Assembly: GCF_001194135.2 (NCBI RefSeq)
Contig: NC_068981.1
Location: 109,936,160 to 110,000,159 of the forward strand
Direction of reading: 5' to 3'
DNA length: 64,000 nucleotides
Source of the DNA: Octopus bimaculoides
Lineage: Eukaryota
Shown here: positions 11,901-25,500 of the stretch, piece after piece
Layout of the letters: each line of letters opens with the position of its first letter
How positions within the stretch are numbered: position 1 is the stretch's first letter
Notes under the pieces: generated by a model
What the model saw: only the letters and a program-made list of their open reading frames with translations
What the model was told of the DNA's origin: nothing
Databases searched by the model: none
Made by a program: the position numbers and the translations under genes

Positions 11901-14384
11901 CTCTTATGTACACCTTCTTGTTCCTTGAACATTTGCTCTAGCACCCCATCAATAACTTCCTCTTATCTCCTTCAGCCATGTATCTCCTCAATAGCAAGGC
12001 ATCTGTACTTGTCCCTCTATCATACTTTCAATCTATCCTATCCCTTGGCTGTGTGGCTGTTGGAGCATTCATTGACAGCTCTGCAACTACGTTTCACAAC
12101 TTCTCTCGGTCTTCTGCTACTCTCTGTGAGTTGGTAAAATTGAGGCTTGTCCACTCTTTAGTATTACAATCCCACTTTTCCTTGGCTTGCCTTGCTTTTG
12201 CCCATCTTCCACTGTGCCTTGCAGGATTGTCTTTGTTAGGCCAGAGCTTGTTGTGAGATGGCCATTCCATTTCAGTTTGTCTTTACAATTGTCAGCAGGT
12301 CATTCTGAACAGCTTTTCAACACTTGACATAAAACCACCCACCTCCACCTTCCCTTCCCAAATACTTCCCTAGTAATGGGAACTTTTTCCCTGTCTGTCT
12401 TTTCTGTTCTTTTATGTTGTAGTGGTTTTATGGCAACCTCACTAGTGCTGGTGGTATGCAAAAAGCACCCAGTGCACTCTGTAAAGTGCTTGGCACTAAG
12501 AAAGGCATCCTGTCATAGAAATTATGCCAAAGATGACATTGAGGCTTGATGCAGCCCTGCACCTTGGTGGTTTCCTGTCAAACTATTTATCCCCTGCCAG
12601 CATGGAAAGTGGGTGTTAAATGATGGTGATGTTACATACATATTTCTCTTTTGTCCTGCTAAATCATTCATTTACATATTTATTTTTCTATAAATAAATA
12701 TACATAGTTCAGTAAAAGAACTAACAAAGAGAGCTATGAGTTCAACTCCTTTAAGGGACAAAAATACACAACATTTATTGCTTTCATAATCTATAATAAA
12801 TGAGTGAACGTGTGTGTGTATATACACATATATATTTCCCAATTCTGTGCTTATACATGAAATTGAAAGCATTTGTGGGCAAAATATTTATTTTTGGGTA
12901 GGATTCAGCTAACTTTTGCCAAAACCGTCACTCATTGATGCTATTATTCCAGCACAAATTGTTCAATTTTGGTCACTTAACTTCAGGTCCGAATTAATGT
13001 AAAAAGCTATCAACGAATTCGTTACATTTTTTTCTGAAATGAAAAATACGATTTAGTAAGAGCAGGTTATTAACCAATTGAAAAGTGCATCAAGACTATG
13101 CTATATCTATCAATTTTCAGTCACCTCGAATAAAGTTTTAATCATCTTTGATGTAGTCTTGAGACAGTTTGCTGAGAAAACTAATATTTCCAACTCTTCA
13201 TACACATGTTTTTAATATGACTGCCTAGGGTGTTATCTCATTTTTTTTTTTTTACCCTGCTTGAAAAGCTTTCCAGTGATAACCATCCAGTTCTATTTTC
13301 AGATAGTATATTTAGGACTATATTTTCTGATATGTCCTACCTTGCTTTATAGATGGCAGTAAAAATTTGACTGCTATTTCTGACAAATTAAGATTCTACC
13401 TAGTTGGATGAATTAATGAGAATTAGCCAATAGCTGTGGAAATTTCAGTTATTTTTAAAACTGTAAGATGGGTGAAAGTTATAAAAGGGTAAAGACTCTC
13501 TTTGGTCATGGACGACCATGGGATTACACCTAGAAAGTTACCCTCCAAGGTACACGTCTGAGCAAGGTTGTTTATAGAAGACTAACAGTTGCCCATGCAT
13601 ACCAGCTTCCCCTCTCCATATAACCAACGTTGTTCGAGGGAAAGGCAAAGGTTGACACAGTTTGGCACCAGTGACATCACAACTTATTTCTACAGCTGAG
13701 AGAACTGGAGAAACATGAAATAAAGTGTCTTGCTCAAGAACACAACACACAGCCTGGTCTGGAAATCAAACTCACTACCTCATGATTGTGAGCCCGACGC
13801 TCTAACCACTGAGTCATGTACCGTCACTGTGGAAGAGAACCGTGAAATATATATTTACACACACACACACACGTATTTACAAACATACTGACATGCATAA
13901 ATATGTAGATACACATAATATCTTGGTGTCCATGGAACCAACTTTCAGCTGACCATTGTTTTATATACTAAGCTACATTGCCAGAGTACTTTAAATAGGC
14001 ATATATGTGTATATATGTATGTATTTATACATATAACTTAACCTTATGAACTTTCTAAGCTCTCTGACGAAGCCCAGAGGTACACCCAAGTACCTTAATC
14101 TTATCTACCAAATACTTCAGTTCACAGAAGGAATGGAAGTAAAGTGGGGTACTATGACCTCTTGGGTGAAACAGCTGTAAGAAACTATTCTACTTTTTAT
14201 GTTCTATGTTATACATTTTAATAATTACTGGTATTTTTATATTTTATATATTATATATGTAAAGCATAATGTTATACATGTATGTATATTGTTATAATTG
14301 TTTTTTTTAAAAATAAATAGACATAATATAATGTCTAAAAATTGATGAATACCACCTCTTGATCCCCTCTATATTCTTATTGCC

Positions 14385-14417
<33 letters not shown>

Positions 14418-17400
14418 CATATATATATATATACTTTATTTAAAAGCAGCAGAAATATAACAAAAAAACCGTTACTCTGAGTTTCACGTTCCCGTTCATN
14501 NNNNNNNNNNNNNNNNNNNNNNNNNNNNNNNNNNNNNNNNNNNNNNNNNNNNNNNNNNNNNNNNNNNNNNNNNNNNNNNNNNNNNNNNNNNNNNNNNNNN
14601 NNNNNNNNNNNNNNNNNNNNNNNNNNNNNNNNNNNNNNNNNNNNNNNNNNNNNNNNNNNNNNNNNNNNNNNNNNNNNNNNNNNNNNNNNNNNNNNNNNNN
14701 NNNNNNNNNNNNNNNNNNNNNNNNNNNNNNNNNNNNNNNNNNNNNNNNNNNNNNNNNNNNNNNNNNNNNNNNNNNNNNNNNNNNNNNNNNNNNNNNNNNN
14801 NNNNNNNNNNNNNNNNNNNNNNNNNNNNNNNNNNNNNNNNNNNNNNNNNNNNNNNNNNNNNNNNNNNNNNNNNNNNNNNNNNNNNNNNNNNNNNNNNNNN
14901 NNNNNNNNNNNNNNNNNNNNNNNNNNNNNNNNNNNNNNNNNNNNNNNNNNNNNNNNNNNNNNNNNNNNNNNNNNNNNNNNNNNNNNNNNNNNNNNNNNNN
15001 NNNNNNNNNNNNNNNNNNNNNNNNNAAGGAGTAAGAGCTAAAATAAACATGCAAGTTGAGGTAATGATATAGAGATGGAGGTGAGGTAATGATATAGAGA
15101 TATATATATATATATATGGAGAGAGAGAACTAAAGACAGTGATGTTACAAACTTTGTTACATTTCAAATTGCACCCCACCTCCATCTCTATATCATTACC
15201 TCAACTCCATACTTTCTCTTGCATGTTTATTTTAACTCTTACTCCTTAAAATCATTGTGTCTTTCTCTTCTCCCCCTTTCATTATGATTCTGAGTTAGCT
15301 TTACCTCTCTTTTTCCTTTCACATATACTCTAATATTTTAGTATAAACATGATCACTACTGCTGTCACAATTCACCCACTGTCTTTCTTCTCTGTTTCTT
15401 TCTCTTTCCTTCTATGTCGTTTTTTCATTCACATTATCAACACTACCATCACTGCCACTTCCTCTACCACCACTACCATAACTAGCAACAGTTTCTTTTG
15501 TGACTATTTGAGTTACTTCCCTTATAGTGATACAAAAGGTACGTAGGAATATATTATTGTAGTAATAAAATAATAAAACTGGTGCCTTCACCCTTGTCAT
15601 TTGTAAAGAATGTAGCAAGACTGCATCAATATCTTGGCTAGTAATACAATCTTGGGAATATTTAAACTTTGCTGTCACACAATAGCAAGTCTGGTCTTTC
15701 AGTCTATTGCAGTTAAAGAAACATAAGCTAGGTTAATTACAAAACAAAAGAGAAGCACTAATGAACATACAAATCAAACTTTCATTTTAATATTTTCTTT
15801 TTATCTCATGTTGTTTTCTATTTTATACTTTATGCTATCTATGGTGTTATATTATTGATCTTGAAATTCACTGAGTATGAATTATCAATTAAGGCTTGAA
15901 AAGGATTTTTAGTGATATGCTACTATTCCAGAAGTCTCTTTTATAGAATTAGTGATGGAAGGACATGAAGCAATATATGTATATTGTATGCATATATATA
16001 AAAATTCAAATTTAGGGACTGAAGCAAGTCAAATCCAGGCTACATATGTTTTCTAGCTTGGAGAACCTCAGAAATAGTAATTACTCAATGAGGGGTATTC
16101 CACTAGCTACTCATCAGGCTGAAGATACCATAGTTAAATGAAGGTTACATTGTCATCAAAGGATCCTAAGTTAACTCACAGATTTGATCAGAAATGAGTG
16201 GAAAGCTCAGAGTGAGAGAAGAGAAAAGAAAAGCATATGTGTGAAGAAATAATATATGGGAGTGGGTCTAAAGTTGTTAAGATTAAGAATAAAGACAAGG
16301 AAAGGTAGGGGGAAAATTTGGTAACATTGAAGCTGGCTGGTTTGGGGAAGGTCTTTGTGAATATAGGCTGGGGTCATTTATTATGTCAACTGTAAATAAA
16401 TAAACAAATATATTGGGGCACCATGTATATACATTTTTACAAAGTCAAAGAAAGATAAAGGGAAAGAATGCCAGGAAGAGGAGAAAAAGAGAAAATTTAG
16501 GAGTGGTAGTAAGTTGGAATTTGTTGGGAGAAGAGAAGGAGGTGAGAGATAATATTTCTGGTCAATAGGAGCACATAGTGGTTCTAGGTAAGTTGGTAGT
16601 TTATCACTTAACTATACAAACACATATTAACACATGCACATGTATATTTTCTGTGTGCCTGTAGTACCTTGTAGGTGTGCATTTGTGCATAGGTACCTGC
16701 ATATGCTCATATGCAGAAGGAAGGTGAACAGAGATCACAAGGTTAAGAAGAAATATAAAATATAAAAAAATATATAGCGGGAGTTAAAAAGTTGTTATAA
16801 ATACATGGAAGTGAGGGCAGAGGAATAGTTAGGGAAAAGGTAAGGGGCTATTATTTGTACCTTGAGAATGTGTTGCATAACCAGTGTTTACAATTAAAAG
16901 TTAGATGGTTTCATTCATTCAGACAATAAGTGGGCTGCATAATAGAAAAGACTTCGGCAATGCACAGACCACATTTATTTTTACAACCATTATATGGTTA
17001 GGTATGGGTAACTACGGATCTTTTTAAATTATATGATATTGAGTTATCTTTTAGGAGATGAATTAGCCGAGATAGAGAAGTGCTGTTAGTTCTTGCTTGG
17101 GATTTGAAGCTAGAATAGTGGTTACCCACTCTGACTTTGAAGGTGGTGCTGCACAAGGTGATGTATACATAATTAGAATTCTCAGTTGATACCGTACATT
17201 CATATACAATATTTTTTTGTGAGGCATCTATTATCTAAAGGATAGGAGGTGGGGCATCTACAGCTGCAAAAGTTTCTAGAAGGTGCTAAAGATGAATTTA
17301 TGGGGTTATGGTTACCTAGGGTTAACCTGCTGTTATATTCATTGTCTGCTGCAGTGTTAGGATTGGTATTTTTTAGGGTGATGCAGGAGGATGTAGTTTA

Positions 17401-19544
17401 TAATAGTTCTCATGTCTAATGATATTATTCCCACCACTCCTTATTTCGGTGGTGGGTATAGTGGAGTTGTAATAGAATTTGGGTAGGTGGTGTGAGGTGT
17501 GAGGGTCAGCATTGGTGAGGTTTAAGGATGTTCTAGGGTTATGGGGGGGGGGGACTGGAGGTTAGGGTGAGTTGTGTGACTGTGATTAAAGTTAACTAAT
17601 TGCTGGTTCCCAAGTTTCTTATTGTTCAGATGTCAGATTATGCCAGCAATGTTAGTTGCAGTGGAGTAGGAAAATTTAATCAATGGTGGTGGTTTGAAGA
17701 TTTTTCTAAGACAACTGGAAATGTTTCTAAAGTAGGGCAAAGAATGGCATAGGTACTCTGGTCTGAACATTAAGGGCAAAGGTGCGGGTGGAACCAGATA
17801 ATGTGACATACCCTAGTTTGTTTATCTGATTTGTTTTCTAAGGTGCTCTATTTCGCAGTCACTAGAGTTCTGGATTGCAAACAGACCACAAGAAATATCA
17901 GGGAGGAGACCATGGAGCAGGTAACAACCCACAAGGTTGGTAATTTGGGCTGAGTTGCCATCCCCTGTTGGGATGTCAAAATAGTTAGGGGTCGCCTTAC
18001 GGGTCCAGAATCTCTCATTGAATTTTACAATGGTTCAACAGGCTGCCAGGATAACATCAATATCATCTTGAGTATGGTTTTAGAATGTTTCATTGCAGAT
18101 ATGAGGGCTTTGTTAAGTAGGGTAGGGGATATGCTGGAATAATAATGGTCTATATCTACCTAAATGAATTTATATATATATGTTTGGAGTTAAACCACTG
18201 AATGGCCTCAGTAGTGTTAGTCCATAGGTTTAGTGTAATCTTTGCATGAAGATGAGGTAGAATTCTATCTAATATAACTTTGTTAATCCTACCTGTGTCA
18301 GAGTTTGAGGGGCAGATGAGGCAAACGGAAGGGTTCATGGCAAATTTTTCCTTATGGACCTTATTAACTTAAAAGTTAATATGTATTGGGCCTATTGGCC
18401 AGAAACATTATCTCCCATCTTCCTCTTTTCTAACAAATTCCAACTTACTACCACTCCTAAATTTTCTCTTTCTCTCTTCCTCCTGGCATTCTTCTCCTTT
18501 ATTTTTTAAATGTATATACAGGGTGCCCCAATATATATTCTATATATTTACTGTAGACATAGTAAATGGCCCCAGCCTATATTCCCCAAACCAGTTTCAA
18601 TCTTACCAAATTTTTCCCCTCCCTCTCCTTTTCTTAACAACTTCAGACATTTGCTCACTCTCATATATTTCTTCACACAAATGCTTTTCTTTTTCTTCTT
18701 TCACTCTGTGCTTTCCACTCATTTTCGATCAAATTTGCGAGTTAACTTGGGATTCCTTAACGACAATGTAACTTTCATATAACTAAGGTATCATTGGCTT
18801 GTGGAGTACCCCACATTGAGTAATTACTACTTCCAAGGTTCTGCAACCTAGAAAACACATGTAGCCTGGATTTTACTTACCCCATTCCCTAAATTTGGAT
18901 TTTTATTCACATACATAGCCATCCTAGCTGCTAACCGTGAACTGTAAAATATTTTTTTTCAGCTTATCGAACTTCGATATGGGAAAAACTTATAACCTTC
19001 TACACCAATAAACCATTATTGTTCTGAAAGTCATTTTTTACACCTTCTATGGACTGCTCAAAGCTTAATAACTTCCTATACCTGGATCCTTGGGTCTTAC
19101 CTTTACACACACACACACAAATTGAAGAAGTGTAACAGGTAAAATGTATGTTACATGTTTCTTAACTAGCAGAAGCTCATGATGAAATTGTTATGCAATG
19201 AACTGTACTCGAAGCAGCTAACATCAGGCGGAGATTCCCTTACTGAAGATTACATAGTTGCATGGAATTTCTAAGTCAGCCACAACACAATGGTGAGTTC
19301 AACTGAACAGAAAAGCTAGTAATAAAAAATAAAAAAACAAATAAAAATCAAGAAAGTAAGTTTAGAGAACTCTAAACATATTTGATCTTTCGATTTTTAA
19401 AAAATGTTTTGTTTTTTATTTTAGCTTATCAAATTTCTTTACAACTTCAATATGGGAAAAAGTGTGTAACTCTTGATGCCAATAAATTGTTATTGAATGC
19501 CATTGTAAATTCTCTACTTGTTCTCAGATCCCTGGATTGTGTGT

Positions 19545-19575
<31 letters not shown>

Positions 19576-22500
19576 AGTAGAAAAGAAAATGGAGAAATTG
19601 ACATATAGACATCAATTTATTAGAACATAATATAATTCTGAACAATATCAAATTCAATCTCACCTACAATTGTTTCCATGCCCAATTACTTCAATTTGAG
19701 AAATTAAATTAAATAAAATTCAATTTCCATATCAAACTCTGTTAATTGGGTATATCTAGGTATCTTGGGAACCTGTGATTAATATATTTTGAAAATAATT
19801 TGTAATATTAAGTTAAAGATACTATGTATTAATGCAATAATGGTTTTAATTTTATTGACTTCATTTATTTGGATCTGTTAACATTAGTGCTTTCCTCAAT
19901 AAAACTCGTTCACACTGTTATGTAAACAGATATATTGTGCACAAATATTGATGACGTAATATTCAGCTATGGTAATTAGTAAGCAGTTTTGATTTGTCAT
20001 CATCTAGTAGCTTTCAATGCATCAACTAATGCACGCACAAATACAGGAAGATATTGCATATACGAAATTATGTTTAAAAGAAAAAAAATAATAATTCATT
20101 ATTTAACTGCAATTTCTAGATTGCAACTGGGTGACTTATAAATTACTTAAGTGATTAAATACTTTAATGATATTTCGATCTATCATAAGTAATAATGTAA
20201 ATTATGAATAATGTCTTATTTATCTTCTTGTTTAAAATAATCGTATTGAAATATCTTTAAAGCTAACTAACAGATAATTTGCTTCTGTTTTTTTTTCCCA
20301 ACACATTACACATGAATGTGCACAAATGCATTTAGAAATTTGCATTTACATATACATAAGTAACAGTTTTTTAAATACATTGTTTGCTGAAATGCACATA
20401 TCCGATTCTACCAAGAGTCAAACAACACATCAGAATGTAGCTCCTTTGTGTCAAATTCTTCCCCTGAAGAAATACTCAATTAACAATATTCGATACAGAA
20501 ATTTAATTGTAGGTAAAATTGAGTTTGATATTGTTCAGAATTGTATTATGCTCAAATAAATTTATGTCTATATGCCAATTTCTCCATTTTAATTTTTACT
20601 AAAACATAAAAAGATAGTATACCTAGATCTATCAATGTGAAGCTGACATTTTTGGTTTCTCACTGATACACTGGATAAAAGTGGGGAACTTAGAAGCTAA
20701 CATCCCTTTAAGAGGATTTATATCCTTGATTTCATTTTATATATATATCTATTATATAAAAATCAATGTCTGTGTGTTTGTGTGTTACTTGAAAAACTAC
20801 TCGACCAATCCTAATGAAATTTGGAACACAAAATCCAAGCCTAGAGAGAAGGGTAATGCTGTACAATTTTGAGGGGGCATAAAGGGCGGGCAGAACTCCC
20901 TGTGAAAATTCATATGCTTCAGATTTTGATGAAATTTGAACCATAGGTATTAGAAATAAATTAAATAATATACCCAAAATTTCCAGTTTTTGGGATGATT
21001 CTAATGATGGTTGGTGACACAAAGGACAAGCAACTGTAGAAAATCTGACAAAACAAATTCTCTCTGATCCATGCAAGCATGGAAAAGTGGATGTTAAATT
21101 ATGATGATGATAATGATGTTAGTTTGAGATCCCATATGAAATATAGTCTTTACGTACGAAAATACATATATTTGTAAAACATATAGAACACATTACTAAA
21201 CATGACTTACATATCGCTTCATTGAGTGCTTTTAGTGAGCATGGTTGAAATGACACATCCTTGGTAGTTTTTACAATATATACAGCTTAATGCTTAATTA
21301 AGCAGATATTTGATTGCAACATTTTTTGCAAAGAAATTCTTTCCAATCACTTCTTTGTATGTACAGATTATTCTTTTTTCTCACATACATACATGTATAT
21401 ATATCAACATTTTGATCTGTTTTTTCTTGCTTGCTTGGGTCTGACTACACATGCACATTTGAAAAATAGAAGGGAAAATAGGAATAAAATGAATTTAATC
21501 CAGCTCCCTCAATTCTGAGTTCAAATCCCACCAGGATCAATTTTGCTTTCACTGTTGATAAAAAAAAATATCAATTTGAAGCAGTTGATTGATGAAACTG
21601 TATGTCAAACCAGATGCCTTTGTAGTGTTTATTCTGGCACTTTGTGCTGTGAGTTCAAATTCTGCAATGGCCTATTTTGAGGGTAGACTAATCTATCACC
21701 TAATTTAACCCCGCCACTTTGCCCCTTCGTTGCCTTTAGAAGAATCCATTATGTTATAAGCAAACTGGACTGGTCTCATGTTTGAGAGTACTGTGTTGCC
21801 TCCTCCTACAAGTCTCAGAGTCCCTGCAAAAATTCATGCCTTCTCTTCTGACTAAAAAATATGAAAAACAATATACCTGTTTAGAAGACAGCAGTTTGAA
21901 TTATATAGAATGTCAAAAATATTTAGTCATAAAGATTGCTATTATAGCTTTGGAAAATATAAACTAGATAGATCTGGAATGGTTAGGCACACAGTAGAGA
22001 GAATTCTGAATAAACGATAGTAGTTACTATGTGCTTCAAATATCTGATAAGGTAAATATAAATATATTTTTTTTAAATCTTAACAAGAACACTCCTGCCA
22101 TAGGACAAATATGAAACTGTTACTGTAGTGTATGCTGCACTTACATTTAAGATGTAATCAATCAATAACCAAAATCAACAGGATGGACTGTTCCATTCTT
22201 GAGACAGTAAACTCATTATTTTAAGAAGAACTTTAGCATGACTGATTATGTATGATAATATAAATCTATTGTAGCCAGTAATATTAGTTCACATACTAAG
22301 AAGAAAGTTCTTTTTTGAGTAGATACAGAAACCTATCATGAAAGTCAATAAAAAGAAAGAGTCTAATGACAGGATAAGCAGAGATTTCTCTCTTTTTTTA
22401 AAGAAAAACTCTGTAGCCAACTTTATAAATGGAAGCAATATTAATTTAAAGCAATGTTTAAAATTTCTACATATGTATTAATGAAGTTATTACATAAAAG

Positions 22501-25500
22501 TAATACATTCGATTTAAGATAACAATTGAATAACCCTGTTAAATGTTCGAACTAAAATGTCAAGAAGAACATTAGAATCATGATAGCAATTCTTTTCTTC
22601 AAACTTCTGCAATATTCCTGAAAGACACTTGTCTGGAAATTGACAATGTATTTGATTTAAGAGGCATGGGGGGGAGGGGCTGGAGAAAGAGATCAGAGCT
22701 CATACTTAAGGCTTTTAACTGCATTATTCAAGTAAAAACCTGCAAAATGGAAATGGTTTAACATAACTGAGACAGGTTGTAACATCTATCAAATACATTA
22801 ATTTCATGAGAATTGATTTATTTGAATTTTCTCATATAAGTGTCTTCTCTCAGAAAATCAAATATGCAAAATTGACTTCTAACCAATTATTACTTTCCCA
22901 AAAAGCTTGCACTTAGAAGAATCTAAAACTAAAGTGATATCCCTTTGAAATGGAAAAGATACAAATTATATACTACCACATTAATAAAATTCTAAGGAAG
23001 AGAGTTTTCTTTCTTTTTCTTTTCTAATTAGGAATTTCTCATGCTGCTTATCCTCAGAGTACAATACAACAGTGAACCTTTGGGCTTCTCTATTTAGATA
23101 AGCCTAAAGTCTCAGTTCCTGATATTACTCCTTATAGTCTATTTTCCTCAGTTACAGGGCCTATCCCTTAGCTTGTACAGCCATATACACTGTTCAGTTT
23201 TAACACCATATTGTCAAATGAGATGCTGTTCTACTGAGAACACTTAACACTAATTTTATAGAAGAATGTCACTATTCCTTCTCCACATTAAGAAAGGTAT
23301 CATTTAGTGTTGAAAGAAAGTCTTGCCTAACAATAAAATCTCTTCCATAATTCCTTCTTCCTATACATTTTTGCTTCCCAATCTGCTAATCCTCAGCCAA
23401 TAATACTTAATGAAGAGTATACTACTCACTGCTGTCTGCCTATCTCATCTTCAACATCTTACCCTGATGAAGTACACAATTCATTTCTTATCACAACTAT
23501 AGCTTGTATGTATTTGTTTTAATCTTTTCAGACACTGGTAGGTTGCATGAAGCCTTTAAAAAAACTGCTCCCTTTGCCTGCCAATTAAACCTACTGCAAA
23601 TAGGGGACAAGAATGCTGTCATATGTCTTATCACTAGTCCTTGCTTTAATTATTTTATCACTTACACAATTCTATTTTCGTGTGCATAAAACAATGCTCC
23701 CCATTCAACTATTTTCAAACAATTTCAAGGAAATAACTTTATCTCAACCTGTTTCTTAAAATGATCTTGACCACATCTTCTAATGGCCATTTCAGCTTTG
23801 GATGTTCTAAGTACTAACGTGATCCCCACCTAATTCTCTTACTTTTCTCGTCTCTGTGATCATTATCATCATCATCATTTAACATCTGTTGTCCATGCTA
23901 GCAAGGGTTGGACAGTTGCACCAGGTTGACTATTTTGTACTCTACCAACACTGACCTATTTATGTGGTTAGCTGGGGAAAAATTAACATGCATTAAAGTA
24001 CAATCTTATATTTTGGTTTTATAATGGCCAGAATACAAAGAGCAGAGTGAATGCTTATAACACTGCAGAACTGGTATTGTAGTTTTAGCAAGGAATACAA
24101 ATAAGACTTAATATAAGGCAATTTTCAAATGAGAACTGAAATGTAACATGCTATTTCATTGTACTTCCTACATGATTAGAATGTAACTTCCTTATAAAGT
24201 CTCAACACTTCTGAATGACAGTTAACATGAATATATAGTTCATTAATTTGGGAATGTCCCTTTAATTTTTTGTCCTTCATGTCATCATTGAAAGATCTCA
24301 GAGGTTCTGCAAAGATTGCCACCACTACACCGCTTTTGTCAATCCCAAGGTGGCTTTTGACACAATCGACCATGCAACATGCTGGAAAATTCTCAAGCTC
24401 ATCAGTGTGCCTCCCAAGATCACAGCCCAATTCCTATGGCTCTATAGCAGTTCCAAGAGCTGCACGTTGGTGAATGGGAGGGACTCTGACTGGTTCCCCA
24501 GTAACAGTAGGCTCAGACAAGGCTGTGTGTGGTCACCCCCAACCTCTTCAAATATGTCATCAATTATCTGATGACAAAGGTCTGTGAGTAAGTCTCTGGT
24601 GTTACCTTTGGGAACTACCACCTTACCTACCTGGAAAGAATCAGCAAAGCTTGGCCTTTAGGTGAGCTGGGCGAAGACCAAGCTGATGCATGTTGAAGAT
24701 GGTCCGGACTCTCCATCTCTCCATATTGGCTTCGATTTTGTCTGGCTGCTAAGATCATGTACTTCATAAAGCCTCTTTGGCACCACTGCTCTATCTCCAT
24801 ATTTACAATGCATTGGTCCTATCCATTCTTCTCTATTGAGCAGAAATGGGGACCCTTTTGAAGACCCTGGCAAAGAGGATTGACAGCTTCAACAGCTTGA
24901 GAACCACCGAGAACATTAGATAATACCATCACATTTCTAACAAACAACTGCATGTGCGCATGCACCAGCCAGCAACCTCCCACCTCATAGTTATCTGTTG
25001 TATGAACTGGTACAGACATGTCTTCAGTCTCCTGCTAGATTATCCTACCAGGGCTTTACTTTCACTAGATGCAGCAGTTGCAAGAACCCTCATGGCAGGC
25101 TCTGCACCAGATGGCTGGATGTGACTGGGGAAGATCTCCAAAGGTTCAACATTACCTTGGAGGATCTAGAATCGCTGGCACAGGACCACCAGCAATGGGG
25201 AGTTCTACACATGATGATGTCTCTGGGACCACTATCCCACAACTTATCTCATACTATTACTCTATTCATATTGCCCAAATACAACAAGTTCCACAAGGAA
25301 ACAGTATCAAGAATACTACTATAATCATCAAGCTATATGTATCAGCTGCACTATTTTATACTTGATTTTAACTGAAAAACTTTAGTGCAACTTACATACA
25401 AGGAAAAGCTAAATCTATGATGGGTAAAAATTTTGTACCAATATTTAACACTAGATTCAGCTACCAAGGTGACCAAGTCTGTAGTGGGGGTGGATGCTTG

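Noticed and set aside
11428-12256. Leu/Ser-rich ORFs of 92-207 aa
   Set aside because: They reflect the pyrimidine-rich, stop-poor strand of a decayed repeat; no domain is recognisable.
13760-13830. tRNA gene
   Set aside because: A and B boxes continue into a SINE body and no cloverleaf acceptor stem is present.
14440-15185. Long ORFs spanning N runs (also 33774-34407, 39079-39981, 59560-60498)
   Set aside because: Their length comes from X residues and dinucleotide repeats, not real coding sequence.
23100-23830. Possible CR1-like LINE remnant on the minus strand
   Set aside because: Motif resemblance is too faint to support a call.
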